A stretch of DNA of 56,835 nucleotides from a virus (IMGVR_UViG_3300029309_000046:1-56835); one strand, 5' to 3'; shown: positions 38,081-45,606, numbered from the stretch's first letter. Program-made: numbers and translations. The notes: generated by a model not told the origin, from the sequence alone.

Positions 38081-38140
38081 ATATCCTCCCCGAAACCCTG
38101 ATATCCTCCCCAAAGCCCCGATATCCTCCTCGAAGCCCGG
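38081..38140. repeat. Three tandem 20-bp repeats
   Basis: ATATCCTCCCCGAAACCCTG / ATATCCTCCCCAAAGCCCCG / ATATCCTCCTCGAAGCCCGG. Confidence 0.9.
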
Positions 38141-38200
38141 AATTTTATCTATATAGATTATCTAGACCTCCACTAATAAAAAAATACCCTCAGGGGTCAA

Positions 38201-38307
38201 TATGGTGTCCCTCGTGTCCCTAAAGACAAAAAAGATAGTAATAACAACCTTTTAAGACGTTTTTATGGTGTCCCTATGGTGTCCCTATGGTGTCCCTCAG
38301 GGACACC
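38201..38307. repeat. TATGGTGTCCC 11-bp repeats plus inverted GGGACACC
   Basis: One full and one partial copy at 38201-38221; three tandem copies from 38264, then GGGACACC. Confidence 0.9.
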
Positions 38308-38392
38308 TAAACAATAATATTGCTAATATAGATACCCTTCGCAACTATTTTGAACTGTTTTAATGTGTTAAAATAATCTATATAGTAGAAAA

Positions 38393-38917
38393 ATGGCGCA
38401 AATTAAAAAAACAGACAGATCTGAAAAAGACTTAACACCTAAGCAAAGATTGTTTGTTGACATTCTCGTTGCAAATTGGGGTGAAATTTCATATGCTGAA
38501 GCTTGCAAACAAGCAAAGTATGAGTGCAAAAATCCTACAGATTATTCCGCCATAGCTTCCAGATTGTTAAATCGAAGATTAAATCCCCACATAGCAAAAT
38601 ATCTCGATAAGAAATACGAGGAAGAAGTAAATAAATTTTCAAAAGACAAATTAAAAAGATTTAGACGTTTAGATAAATTATCTAAAGAAGCTGAAAAAAA
38701 TAAACAATTTAATGTATCCGTTCAAGCTGAATATAGATCAGGACAATTAGCGGGTCTGTATGTTGATAAGAGAGAGGTAAAAGTTTCAGGCCTTGAAGGT
38801 ATGAGTAGAGAAGAATTAGAAAATAAACTAAAAGAATTATCAAATAAAATAGACGGATACAATGCAAAGACTATCGAAGCCGAAGCGGTTGAAACAAAAA
38901 AGATTAAAAACGTCTAG
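38393..38917 (+). CDS. terS: Terminase small subunit
   Basis: LTPKQRLFV..., EACKQAKY, ASRLL...PHI..Y HTH; AE...G..AGLYVDKREV. Confidence 0.75.
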   Translation: MAQIKKTDRSEKDLTPKQRLFVDILVANWGEISYAEACKQAKYECKNPTDYSAIASRLLNRRLNPHIAKYLDKKYEEEVNKFSKDKLKRFRRLDKLSKEAEKNKQFNVSVQAEYRSGQLAGLYVDKREVKVSGLEGMSREELENKLKELSNKIDGYNAKTIEAEAVETKKIKNV

Positions 38918-38988
38918 TTTTAGTGAGTTTATAAAAGTATTTAATGAAATACATAATAAACATTTGGAAACAAAAATTGGTCAAGTAA

Positions 38989-39282
38989 ATGTTAAAACGA
39001 AAAATTACCGTAAATAAAAAATCAAAAAATTGGCAAGACCGTTATCCAATGGTTTCTGTTACATGGAAAGATATTTTGAGTGATAGTTCATGGCAATCTA
39101 TTGATAGCTTAATGAAATTAGATTTAGCAACGTGTGTTACTAAAGGCCACTTACTTTCTCAAACAAAGGGTGTTACAAGAATTTTTGGGGATTACTCTGC
39201 GAATGAAAAAGGGGAAATTGAAGAAATAGGTAATACAACAATTATTCCAAATAGTGTAATTGTAAATATTAAAAAAATTTGA
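38989..39282 (+). CDS. Conserved phage hypothetical
   Basis: V.VTW.DI....SW...C.T.G.L.....IP..VI..I motif. Confidence 0.7.
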   Translation: MLKRKITVNKKSKNWQDRYPMVSVTWKDILSDSSWQSIDSLMKLDLATCVTKGHLLSQTKGVTRIFGDYSANEKGEIEEIGNTTIIPNSVIVNIKKI

Positions 39283-39403
39283 CGAGGTGAAAAGTTTGCT
39301 TACAACTGTTAGAGTACCAATGCGAACTAAATAAATTACTAACAATCGAACTTTTCTAGGTAATCAGGATCATTACCAGACCCCCTCGCCTGAGCCAATT
39401 CGT

Positions 39404-39946
39404 TTAATTCATTTTTTTAGCTTTTCTACCTTGAACCAAAATATTATCCTCCCCAAAATTTTTCTTTAACATTTTTCCAATTTGAGAAACCATTTGGACC
39501 TCAGTATGTTTTAATTGTTTTGGATAAGAATAATCCTCATGTTCTTCTATTGGTATGTATTTAGTGTGGTAGACAATATAATTATCATAACAATCTTTAG
39601 GTTTTCTTTTCATGGTTTTCATTTCTGAAACGTACCATTTATTGTTTTTAAAAAGATAAAGATACTCAATCATGATCTCTCCCCGCATATCATACATCCA
39701 ACAATATTCGTTATTATGTTTTACAAAACTGTCCTCTTTTGTTTCATAAAAATTACATTCATCTAAAGTTTCGGCAATGTAAGAAGCACTCCCCCTATTT
39801 ACTAACATAGAAGCACTATCATAATCGTTATAATGTTTTAAAAGCACATCTCCAACACCATCAGGATATCCATCTGAGTGTACATAAATAACTTTTATTT
39901 CTTTTGTGTTTGGGTCCTCAATGGCTACATTACTCCTAGTCGACAT
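39404..39946 (-). CDS. Conserved phage early hypothetical
   Basis: MSTRS.....IYVHSDGYPDGVG..LLKHY motif; RBS GAGG. Confidence 0.75.
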   Translation of the reverse strand: MSTRSNVAIEDPNTKEIKVIYVHSDGYPDGVGDVLLKHYNDYDSASMLVNRGSASYIAETLDECNFYETKEDSFVKHNNEYCWMYDMRGEIMIEYLYLFKNNKWYVSEMKTMKRKPKDCYDNYIVYHTKYIPIEEHEDYSYPKQLKHTEVQMVSQIGKMLKKNFGEDNILVQGRKAKKMN

Positions 39947-40130
39947 TTTCAACCTCCTCAGTTAATCGCAACGGGGTTTCACAAATGTAAAAAAATACAT
40001 TCCCCTTGTCCTCAATTACTCTGAAGGCCGTTCTTTTTTCTTCTGCTATTTCTTTAGTCTTGTATTGGCCTACAATCCTAAAACTGCTTTCCATATTACT
40101 GAAAGTTTGCTCTCTTATTATTAAAAACAT
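39936..40130 (-). CDS. Hypothetical protein
   Basis: RBS AAGGAGG; overlaps the next gene. Confidence 0.7.
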   Translation of the reverse strand: MFLIIREQTFSNMESSFRIVGQYKTKEIAEEKRTAFRVIEDKGNVFFYICETPLRLTEEVENVD

Positions 40131-40132
40131 AT

Positions 40133-40321
40133 TTATTTCCTCCTTCTTTGTAAGTTAAATATGTATTGGACAAAATTAGGGTCGTCCGTTGCCCTACTTG
40201 CAAACATGACGGGACAATCCTCCAACCATGTTTGAAATTTTTTTCGTGTTTCATTTTCATATCTCTTAGCGTGATTTTCCGATATGACCTCAGGTATTCT
40301 CCATTTTGTTTGATCACTCAT
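40133..40321 (-). CDS. Hypothetical protein
   Basis: ATGA coupling with 40318-40557; WLEDCP motif. Confidence 0.65.
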   Translation of the reverse strand: MSDQTKWRIPEVISENHAKRYENETRKKFQTWLEDCPVMFASRATDDPNFVQYIFNLQRRRK

Positions 40322-40557
40322 GTTCTTATTAACCTATCCTCCCCCGTATGTTCATCAAAATGACTGAAACCAAACCAATCATGAAATTGTTTCAGCTTCC
40401 AATTTTTCATTTCTTCAAAAAATTCTTCATTTTCTTTCTCTGCCATCTCCCAACTTATCGGCCTTCCATTATGTTCTGAAGCCCTAAAAATATCCTCCGT
40501 ATAATCAAAAGCCTCTGCATAGCTGAGAAAATCTTTTTTGGTATATTTTTTCATCAT
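40318..40557 (-). CDS. Hypothetical protein
   Basis: Coupled ORF in the minus-strand block. Confidence 0.65.
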   Translation of the reverse strand: MMKKYTKKDFLSYAEAFDYTEDIFRASEHNGRPISWEMAEKENEEFFEEMKNWKLKQFHDWFGFSHFDEHTGEDRLIRT

Positions 40558-40868
40558 GCTGACCTTTCTATGATTTCAAAAGAAATTGGTTTTAACTCTC
40601 TAGGAACTAAGTTGTTAAAATAATCATTCGCATAATTATCAAAGTCAAAGATAAAATCTGCAACATCGCTTTCGTGCATATGATTAACTTGGAATTTCCT
40701 ATCATCTATTTCTATACACACATCCCCCGTTTCATCACTTATCGTTGTTTTAGTTTCCTCAGTATTAAATTCCCTCCTCAATGCCTGAGAGATTGCACAA
40801 GCCCTACAATCTGAAGGTATTCCATTTTTTATATCTTCTTCATTTACATTGATTTTAAATTTCATCAT
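40554..40868 (-). CDS. Hypothetical CxxC protein, tandem paralog B
   Basis: INVNEEDIKNGIPSDCRACAISQALRREF; near-identical to the neighbour. Confidence 0.75.
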   Translation of the reverse strand: MMKFKINVNEEDIKNGIPSDCRACAISQALRREFNTEETKTTISDETGDVCIEIDDRKFQVNHMHESDVADFIFDFDNYANDYFNNLVPRELKPISFEIIERSA

Positions 40869-41155
40869 GCTGACCTCTCTATAATTTCAAAAGTCATTGG
40901 TTTTACTTTTGACCATCCATCCTCTTGATCAAAGTCATAGATAAAATCTGCAACATCACTTTCGTGCATATGATTAACTTGAAATTTTTTGTCATCTATT
41001 TCTATAGACACATCTCCCGTTGCGTCATCAATCATCGTATAAGTTTCATCAGTATTAAATTCCCTCCTCAATGCTTGAGAGATTGCACAAGCATTACAAT
41101 TAGACGGAATTCCGTTTTTTATATCTTTTTCATTTACATTGATTTTATATTTCAT
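40865..41155 (-). CDS. Hypothetical CxxC protein, tandem paralog A
   Basis: ATG 41155 after GGAGGAGG; INVNEKDIKNGIPSNCNACAISQALRREF. Confidence 0.75.
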   Translation of the reverse strand: MKYKINVNEKDIKNGIPSNCNACAISQALRREFNTDETYTMIDDATGDVSIEIDDKKFQVNHMHESDVADFIYDFDQEDGWSKVKPMTFEIIERSA

Positions 41156-41174
41156 TTTTTCTTTTCCTCCTCCC

Positions 41175-41204
41175 ATAAGATATCATAAGACACTAAAATT
41201 GCAA
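41175..41204 (-). promoter_or_regulatory. Promoter TTGCAA...TATCTT containing (A/G)TCTTAT direct repeats
   Basis: Minus strand TTGCAATTTTAGTGTCTTATGATATCTTAT. Confidence 0.55.
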
Positions 41205-41205
41205 A

Positions 41206-41424
41206 CTATTTTTTTAGCGTTATTCCATCCCCTTCTATGTTATCTAATAGATTTAATGCCTCTGCCACTGCTTGAGCCGTATGTTTATTATTACAAAATG
41301 CAAGGCAAATTGAATTACCATTTTGTTTATCAAACCAAACTCCATTGTCCCTAGCATAGTTCAACCCATCAAAGTTTTCTTTTTCCACCATTTGTTTATC
41401 AACTATATTATCATCAAGTATCAT
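41206..41424 (-). CDS. Hypothetical protein
   Basis: RBS GGAG; ATGA coupling. Confidence 0.65.
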   Translation of the reverse strand: MILDDNIVDKQMVEKENFDGLNYARDNGVWFDKQNGNSICLAFCNNKHTAQAVAEALNLLDNIEGDGITLKK

Positions 41425-41600
41425 TGGTCCTCTCCTTCGTCCTCATACGCATCTGTAATTTCAAAGTGATCTCTGTCTATTATTTCATCTCCAGAAAAAT
41501 TACCACTATTCACGATTTCTTTTGCTTTTTCTAGTGTTTCAGCTTCTATCCTAACTTGTGATTTAGTTTCTTCAACAAATGTTATGTTAAAGGTTTTCAT
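41421..41600 (-). CDS. Small acidic protein (59 aa; DpnD/PcfM-like pattern)
   Basis: Manually read MKTFNITFVEETKSQVRIEAETLEKAKEIV...; coupled on both sides. Confidence 0.65.
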   Translation of the reverse strand: MKTFNITFVEETKSQVRIEAETLEKAKEIVNSGNFSGDEIIDRDHFEITDAYEDEGEDQ

Positions 41601-41779
41601 TTTCCCTCTCTTTCTTTTTGTTTATCAAAAGATTTTTTTAAACGTATTTGATATTCTAAATTTTTCTGCTCGATAACCTCCTCAACTCCCTTGTAGCCTA
41701 AATAGGCTACAAGAAGAATTATAAAAATTATGAATGCTACAAATCCAAAAAACATCTCAATTAACTCTGACATTCTCAA
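41597..41779 (-). CDS. Small membrane protein
   Basis: FFGFVAFIIFIILLVAYLG TM segment. Confidence 0.65.
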   Translation of the reverse strand: MRMSELIEMFFGFVAFIIFIILLVAYLGYKGVEEVIEQKNLEYQIRLKKSFDKQKEREGK

Positions 41780-42182
41780 ATACTCCTATTGTAATTTGAA
41801 ATTGCCCCTCTGATATAATGCCAAAACCTAAATCTGATCTCTGAGTTAGTAATTGAGCCATCACATCTAATAATTGGTCCACCGTTAGCGCGGGTTCATT
41901 GTCTGAACCAAACCCCGAACTATCAACAAATAGACCCCCTTTATCCAAAAATTTAAATGAATATGGTAGATCCCATTCTTCAACCCATTTATTAACATCA
42001 AACCGTCTCCAACCTTTTGGGGTATAGTTTCCGATATTCACTATATCCCTCAAGCATTCGATTTGACCATCTTTAATTTTAGAAATCCCACTTTCTGTAA
42101 AAGTCGTAGGTTTCATTCCGTGTCTTTTTGCTTTATTGCCTGCCTCTTTATTTAATGCAACAATAGTATCTATATCCATCAT
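41757..42182 (-). CDS. Conserved phage hypothetical
   Basis: IGNYTPKGW, FVDSSGFGSDNEPALT, GQFQITIGVF motifs. Confidence 0.7.
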   Translation of the reverse strand: MMDIDTIVALNKEAGNKAKRHGMKPTTFTESGISKIKDGQIECLRDIVNIGNYTPKGWRRFDVNKWVEEWDLPYSFKFLDKGGLFVDSSGFGSDNEPALTVDQLLDVMAQLLTQRSDLGFGIISEGQFQITIGVFENVRVN

Positions 42183-42379
42183 TGTTTTACTCCTCTCTTT
42201 CTTTTTTTACATATGCCTTGTTTAATTAAACTCTCTGCGGTCCTCCCAAACCAACCCTGCAAATTCCAGGCTAGGCCCGTATCTATTAAATGTTGCCAGG
42301 CTTTATTGATTGTTTTTTGGTCTTTACATTCAATAAAACCTTCAGCAATTCCAACTGCATTATAGTTATTTATTTTCAT
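42179..42379 (-). CDS. Conserved phage hypothetical
   Basis: AWQHLIDTGLAWNLQGWFGRTA..LI..G motif. Confidence 0.75.
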   Translation of the reverse strand: MKINNYNAVGIAEGFIECKDQKTINKAWQHLIDTGLAWNLQGWFGRTAESLIKQGICKKRKRGVKQ

Positions 42380-42519
42380 GATTGCCCCTCTCTGTATTCT
42401 TTAAATAGTTTTTTTACAAACTTGATTAGGTCTTTATAACCTTCTGCACTTTGTAAAGGTATTTCAGCCTCAATCTTAATTGCTTTTATTATTTCTTTTT
42501 CTATTTGTTTTATGTTCAT
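42376..42519 (-). CDS. Small hypothetical (47 aa)
   Basis: Manually read MNIKQIEKEIIKAIKIEAEIP...; RBS GAGG; ATGA coupling. Confidence 0.65.
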   Translation of the reverse strand: MNIKQIEKEIIKAIKIEAEIPLQSAEGYKDLIKFVKKLFKEYREGQS

Positions 42520-42564
42520 CTTTTCCTCTCTGTTGTTTGGGGGCTTGCGCCCCCGCCTCCATTG

Positions 42565-42852
42565 TTATTTTGGTTGTTCCCACTCGTATTCATCAAATAT
42601 TGATATTAATGGCGATCCGCTCATATCGAAATCTGCCTTGTGTCCATATTTGAAAAACACTTTGTGGACCATTCGGGCTAAAATTTTTCTTACTCTCATC
42701 ATCTTAGCCTCTGAATACTCATCCCCGATTTGTTCTAACTCAGTTCTAACTTGACTGTTGTTAGTGTCTAAGGCCTCAGCTAAAGCATTCATCATGATTT
42801 CTCTAGCCATCTGCCCGTCTGTATAATCTTGAAACTTTTTTTGTTCCGACAT
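42565..42852 (-). CDS. Hypothetical protein
   Basis: ATG 42852 with RBS AGGAG (ORF track start 42894). Confidence 0.65.
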   Translation of the reverse strand: MSEQKKFQDYTDGQMAREIMMNALAEALDTNNSQVRTELEQIGDEYSEAKMMRVRKILARMVHKVFFKYGHKADFDMSGSPLISIFDEYEWEQPK

Positions 42853-42971
42853 ATTTTTTTCTCCTGTATTTATATTTTTTAATTTATTAAACATAACCCA
42901 CCATATCCCATCTAATTAAGATAATCAAGGACATTATTGTCGCACCTTTATTCAATCTCAGGTTGTAGTAG

Positions 42972-42988
42972 TTTAGAATCATTCTAAT
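42972..42988. promoter_or_regulatory. Irr/ICE-like palindrome
   Basis: TTTAGAA-TCA-TTCTAAT vs ICE consensus TTTAGAA-N3-TTCTAAA. Confidence 0.5.
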
Positions 42989-43168
42989 CTACTTACCCGC
43001 GCGGATGCCCTGATTATCTTTAACCATCTTATCGATCACATCCCAAAGTCTATTCCAATCCCCTTTGCTCGCGATCCATTCTGCAAGCTTAAAATTACCC
43101 TCAGGATGTATTACTGTGATCTTACCTTTTTTTAATCGTATCTTTATCTCTGCTTGTCCTTCTTCCAT
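42989..43168 (-). CDS. Small hypothetical (59 aa)
   Basis: Manually read MEEGQAEIKIRLKKGKITVIHPEG...GDWNRLWDVID. Confidence 0.65.
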   Translation of the reverse strand: MEEGQAEIKIRLKKGKITVIHPEGNFKLAEWIASKGDWNRLWDVIDKMVKDNQGIRAGK

Positions 43169-43170
43169 AG

Positions 43171-43380
43171 CTACCCCCCATATTTTAGTGCTTCAAGTTT
43201 ATCAATCACCCTATCAAACTCTCCACAAGTACAAGTTGTATCCTCATCAGTGTCAGGCTCGCCTTTGGCTTGCCATTCACTGTATTTACAAACATGAAAA
43301 TCAGCGTCCCTGAGATCCCTGATTTCTTGCATGATGTCCTCGATAGTATCATCATGCAATTGATCTGATTTATCTAACAT
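43171..43380 (-). CDS. Hypothetical, acidic, HxC/CxC possible metal site
   Basis: DFHVC...CTCGEFD; RBS GAGG. Confidence 0.65.
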   Translation of the reverse strand: MLDKSDQLHDDTIEDIMQEIRDLRDADFHVCKYSEWQAKGEPDTDEDTTCTCGEFDRVIDKLEALKYGG

Positions 43381-43382
43381 AG

Positions 43383-43631
43383 TTACCCCTCAAATGATCC
43401 TTCAATTTGACTTAGTGATGGTAACGGCTCATAATGATATCCGTAGTTACAACCTACAGTTGTACTACTATAACTCACCTGACCCGCTAAACTTTTTAAA
43501 TGCCAATCTATAAAATTATTATTTGCGAAATCCTCTCGGCAATTTTTAAAATAGACATGTCTATTTCTTCTCGACATTTTAAGCTTCTGACATTGTAGTT
43601 TTAAAAAATGTAGATCTTTATTTATTTTCAT
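43383..43631 (-). CDS. Hypothetical protein
   Basis: TAATG coupling to the upstream gene. Confidence 0.5.
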   Translation of the reverse strand: MKINKDLHFLKLQCQKLKMSRRNRHVYFKNCREDFANNNFIDWHLKSLAGQVSYSSTTVGCNYGYHYEPLPSLSQIEGSFEG

Positions 43632-44113
43632 TATTCCCCCAATCCAAATTGTTCAGCTTTGTTTATTCTTTTTGTCTTTTCCTCAAGGCTTAGACTGTCC
43701 CAATCCTCAGGGAATGTACAGCCCGCGATTTCAAAAAATCTTTTTTTCTGTTCCATCGCTCGCTCATCCCCCGTTGATAGCAATCCAAACAATTTTGAAA
43801 CCATCGCTGTTGTTTTCAAATGATTGTCTTGTCTTGCCTCTGTCATATCTTGACCGTCTTTTGATTGTCTAAATTTTAAACTATCTTTAAAGACTGAGTT
43901 TTTGGTCCTTGATTGTTTTCTCTCTACCCCGCAAAAATCCTCAATCCAATTAAGGTGTTTTGCTGTAGTCACTGACCATACATTTTCTGAAATAACCAAT
44001 GTATTGTCACTGTCTATAAATGCAACGGGTGTACTGTAAGAATAAAAAATTCTTATCCCGTCCTCGTCTCTATAATAGAGATTTCTAGTTGATCTTATGT
44101 ATTGTTTTTTCAT
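43631..44113 (-). CDS. Conserved phage hypothetical (two fused modules)
   Basis: FYSYSTPVAF..WSVTTAKHLNWI and FPEDWDSLSLEEKTKRI motifs. Confidence 0.7.
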   Translation of the reverse strand: MKKQYIRSTRNLYYRDEDGIRIFYSYSTPVAFIDSDNTLVISENVWSVTTAKHLNWIEDFCGVERKQSRTKNSVFKDSLKFRQSKDGQDMTEARQDNHLKTTAMVSKLFGLLSTGDERAMEQKKRFFEIAGCTFPEDWDSLSLEEKTKRINKAEQFGLGE

Positions 44114-44159
44114 CGTCTTTTCCCTTTGTTGTTGTGGGGGCTTGCGCCCCCGTGTTGAT

Positions 44160-44324
44160 TTACCATAATTTTTTTGATCCTTTTAAATCATGGGCTTTTC
44201 TTAGATCCGATCTTTTTTCTTCTTTTAAAAAGATCTTTTCTAATTCTTTTAAAACTTTTGGATCATTAAGCTTTTTAAAATTTATAGCTTTTGTAAATCC
44301 AAATGGGTCGTTTATTTTTTTCAT
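44160..44324 (-). CDS. Small hypothetical (54 aa)
   Basis: ATG 44324 after the hairpin-RBS element; DPFGFTKAINFKKLNDP. Confidence 0.65.
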   Translation of the reverse strand: MKKINDPFGFTKAINFKKLNDPKVLKELEKIFLKEEKRSDLRKAHDLKGSKKLW

Positions 44325-44364
44325 CTTTCCCTTTGTTGTTGTGGGGGCTTTCGCCCCCGTTGGT

Positions 44365-44835
44365 TTATATTTCACAAGCATGATCTAAAATGCCCGTCAT
44401 TGAGTGATAGGGTTCAAACATCATTCCATATTTAGCCATATCTTTTTGAAGGCCCTCAACTGCCTTGCCGTTATTTAATACCCCGTAGCCCGTGCTATCA
44501 CAAAAATAATCTTGTGAAGGTAACCCGTCTATTGAGTAGAAAAATTTATTGTTATCATTTTTATCAATTCCAAATTGTACCCATTTGACATTGAATTCAT
44601 CGTTTTGTTTTAGGTTGTCCCCTTTTTTCCATTCAATCCAACCCGTGTACTCTGGCCCTTCTTCCCATTTTTTATGGTCCTCTTTAGCTATAAAATCTGG
44701 ATATCTAATATCGCAAAGCACATAAAATCTTTTGTCATCTATTTTTTGCACCCTGATATTTTCAGCGTGTTTTTGATTGTCTTTAACTAGTTTGATCATT
44801 ATTTTTTCTAGTTTTTTTAGTGTTAGTTTTTGCAT
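44365..44835 (-). CDS. Hypothetical protein, first gene of the minus-strand block
   Basis: ATG 44835 with GAGG RBS (ORF track start 44871). Confidence 0.65.
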   Translation of the reverse strand: MQKLTLKKLEKIMIKLVKDNQKHAENIRVQKIDDKRFYVLCDIRYPDFIAKEDHKKWEEGPEYTGWIEWKKGDNLKQNDEFNVKWVQFGIDKNDNNKFFYSIDGLPSQDYFCDSTGYGVLNNGKAVEGLQKDMAKYGMMFEPYHSMTGILDHACEI

Positions 44836-44871
44836 TGTTTCCTCTGTGTTGTTTGTTTTATTATTTCTCAT

Positions 44872-44988
44872 AATGATAAGATATTATAAGACATTATTTT
44901 TTTATACTATCAAAAGTGTCGCACCCCTAAATTAATTACGCGTATAAGTTGTGTTGTATTTTTACAACAGATGTTGTAATTAAATCAC
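44872..44988. promoter_or_regulatory. Divergent control region
   Basis: Contains ATAAGA(T/C) direct repeats, TGTCGCA, and the TGTTGTA/TACAACA/TGTTGTA triplet. Confidence 0.55.
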
Positions 44989-45384
44989 ATGTCAGGATCT
45001 GAAGCGCAACTCTGGAAACAAGTTAAAAACGCTCTCAATGATCAGGGATATTTTTTAACTAGAATTGAAACCCTGACTGTCTCAGGTGTTCCAGATGTTT
45101 TTGGAATATATAAAAGCAAATCTTTTTGGTGTGAATTAAAATCAAATCAGGTCAATTATCCGACATTAAATAAATATCAAATTGTATGGATCAATAGAGC
45201 CGTTAAGCATGGCGCAACGGTGTTGATCTTGGTTAAGGGCCAAAAGCACAAGGCCCTTAAAATTTACAGAGTTCGATCTTTTTTCACTGATCCGCGCGCC
45301 CTCGAGCCTGATTTTGTTATTAAAATTCCGATCCGATGGCCGTTGTTTGTGGACCATTTTACGCGCTTACTGTTGACCGATTAA
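44989..45384 (+). CDS. VRR-NUC / Holliday-junction-resolvase-like nuclease
   Basis: EAQLW..V, RIE....GVPD, FWCELK, L...Q..W motifs. Confidence 0.8.
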   Translation: MSGSEAQLWKQVKNALNDQGYFLTRIETLTVSGVPDVFGIYKSKSFWCELKSNQVNYPTLNKYQIVWINRAVKHGATVLILVKGQKHKALKIYRVRSFFTDPRALEPDFVIKIPIRWPLFVDHFTRLLLTD

Positions 45385-45577
45385 CTGACCACGTACAGCG
45401 CACCGTTGACCGCTGTTTTACCGTTGTCCGTTGTGCATTTAGAAGGCTCATTGGCCAACGCAAAACGAAACACGTTGCATTTAAAAAAAAGCACCCCGCA
45501 CGCGACTAGGTACTTTGTTAAGACTAGCTAGAGCTAAGTCGAATACATGCACAGGGGACCCAAATGAAATGGAATAG

Positions 45578-45606
45578 TTGAAAGTGTTTTTGTATTAGTC
45601 TATGTT
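45578..45606 (+). promoter_or_regulatory. Promoter TTGAAA-17-TATGTT for the terL operon
   Basis: Exact 17-bp spacing upstream of ATG 45620. Confidence 0.5.

Larger units (their letters stand above)
42516..44360 (-). repeat. Three dispersed GGGGGC-GNAA-GCCCCC hairpin + A/C spacer + RBS elements
   Basis: Hairpins at 42539-42554, 44136-44151 and 44343-44358, each directly upstream of a start codon (42519, 44113, 44324). Confidence 0.9.

Noticed and set aside
38081-38307. Repeat cluster as a CRISPR mini-array
   Set aside because: Repeats abut with no unique spacers and are only 11-20 bp; no cas operon
40096-40317. Alternative-frame 73-aa minus ORF
   Set aside because: Overlaps 40133-40321, which has the better translational coupling
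40551-41155. Paralog pair as DGR template/variable repeats
   Set aside because: Both copies are intact genes, differences include indels and are not confined to adenines, and no RT is present
42539-44358. GC hairpins as N4-type virion RNA polymerase promoters or intrinsic terminators
   Set aside because: The GNRA loop is on the coding strand, not the template strand; no RNAP gene is seen; no U-tract follows
40166-44388. Plus-strand ORFs in the early block (40166, 40925, 41139, 42512, 43065, 43672, 44089)
   Set aside because: Antisense to coupled minus-strand genes with RBSs
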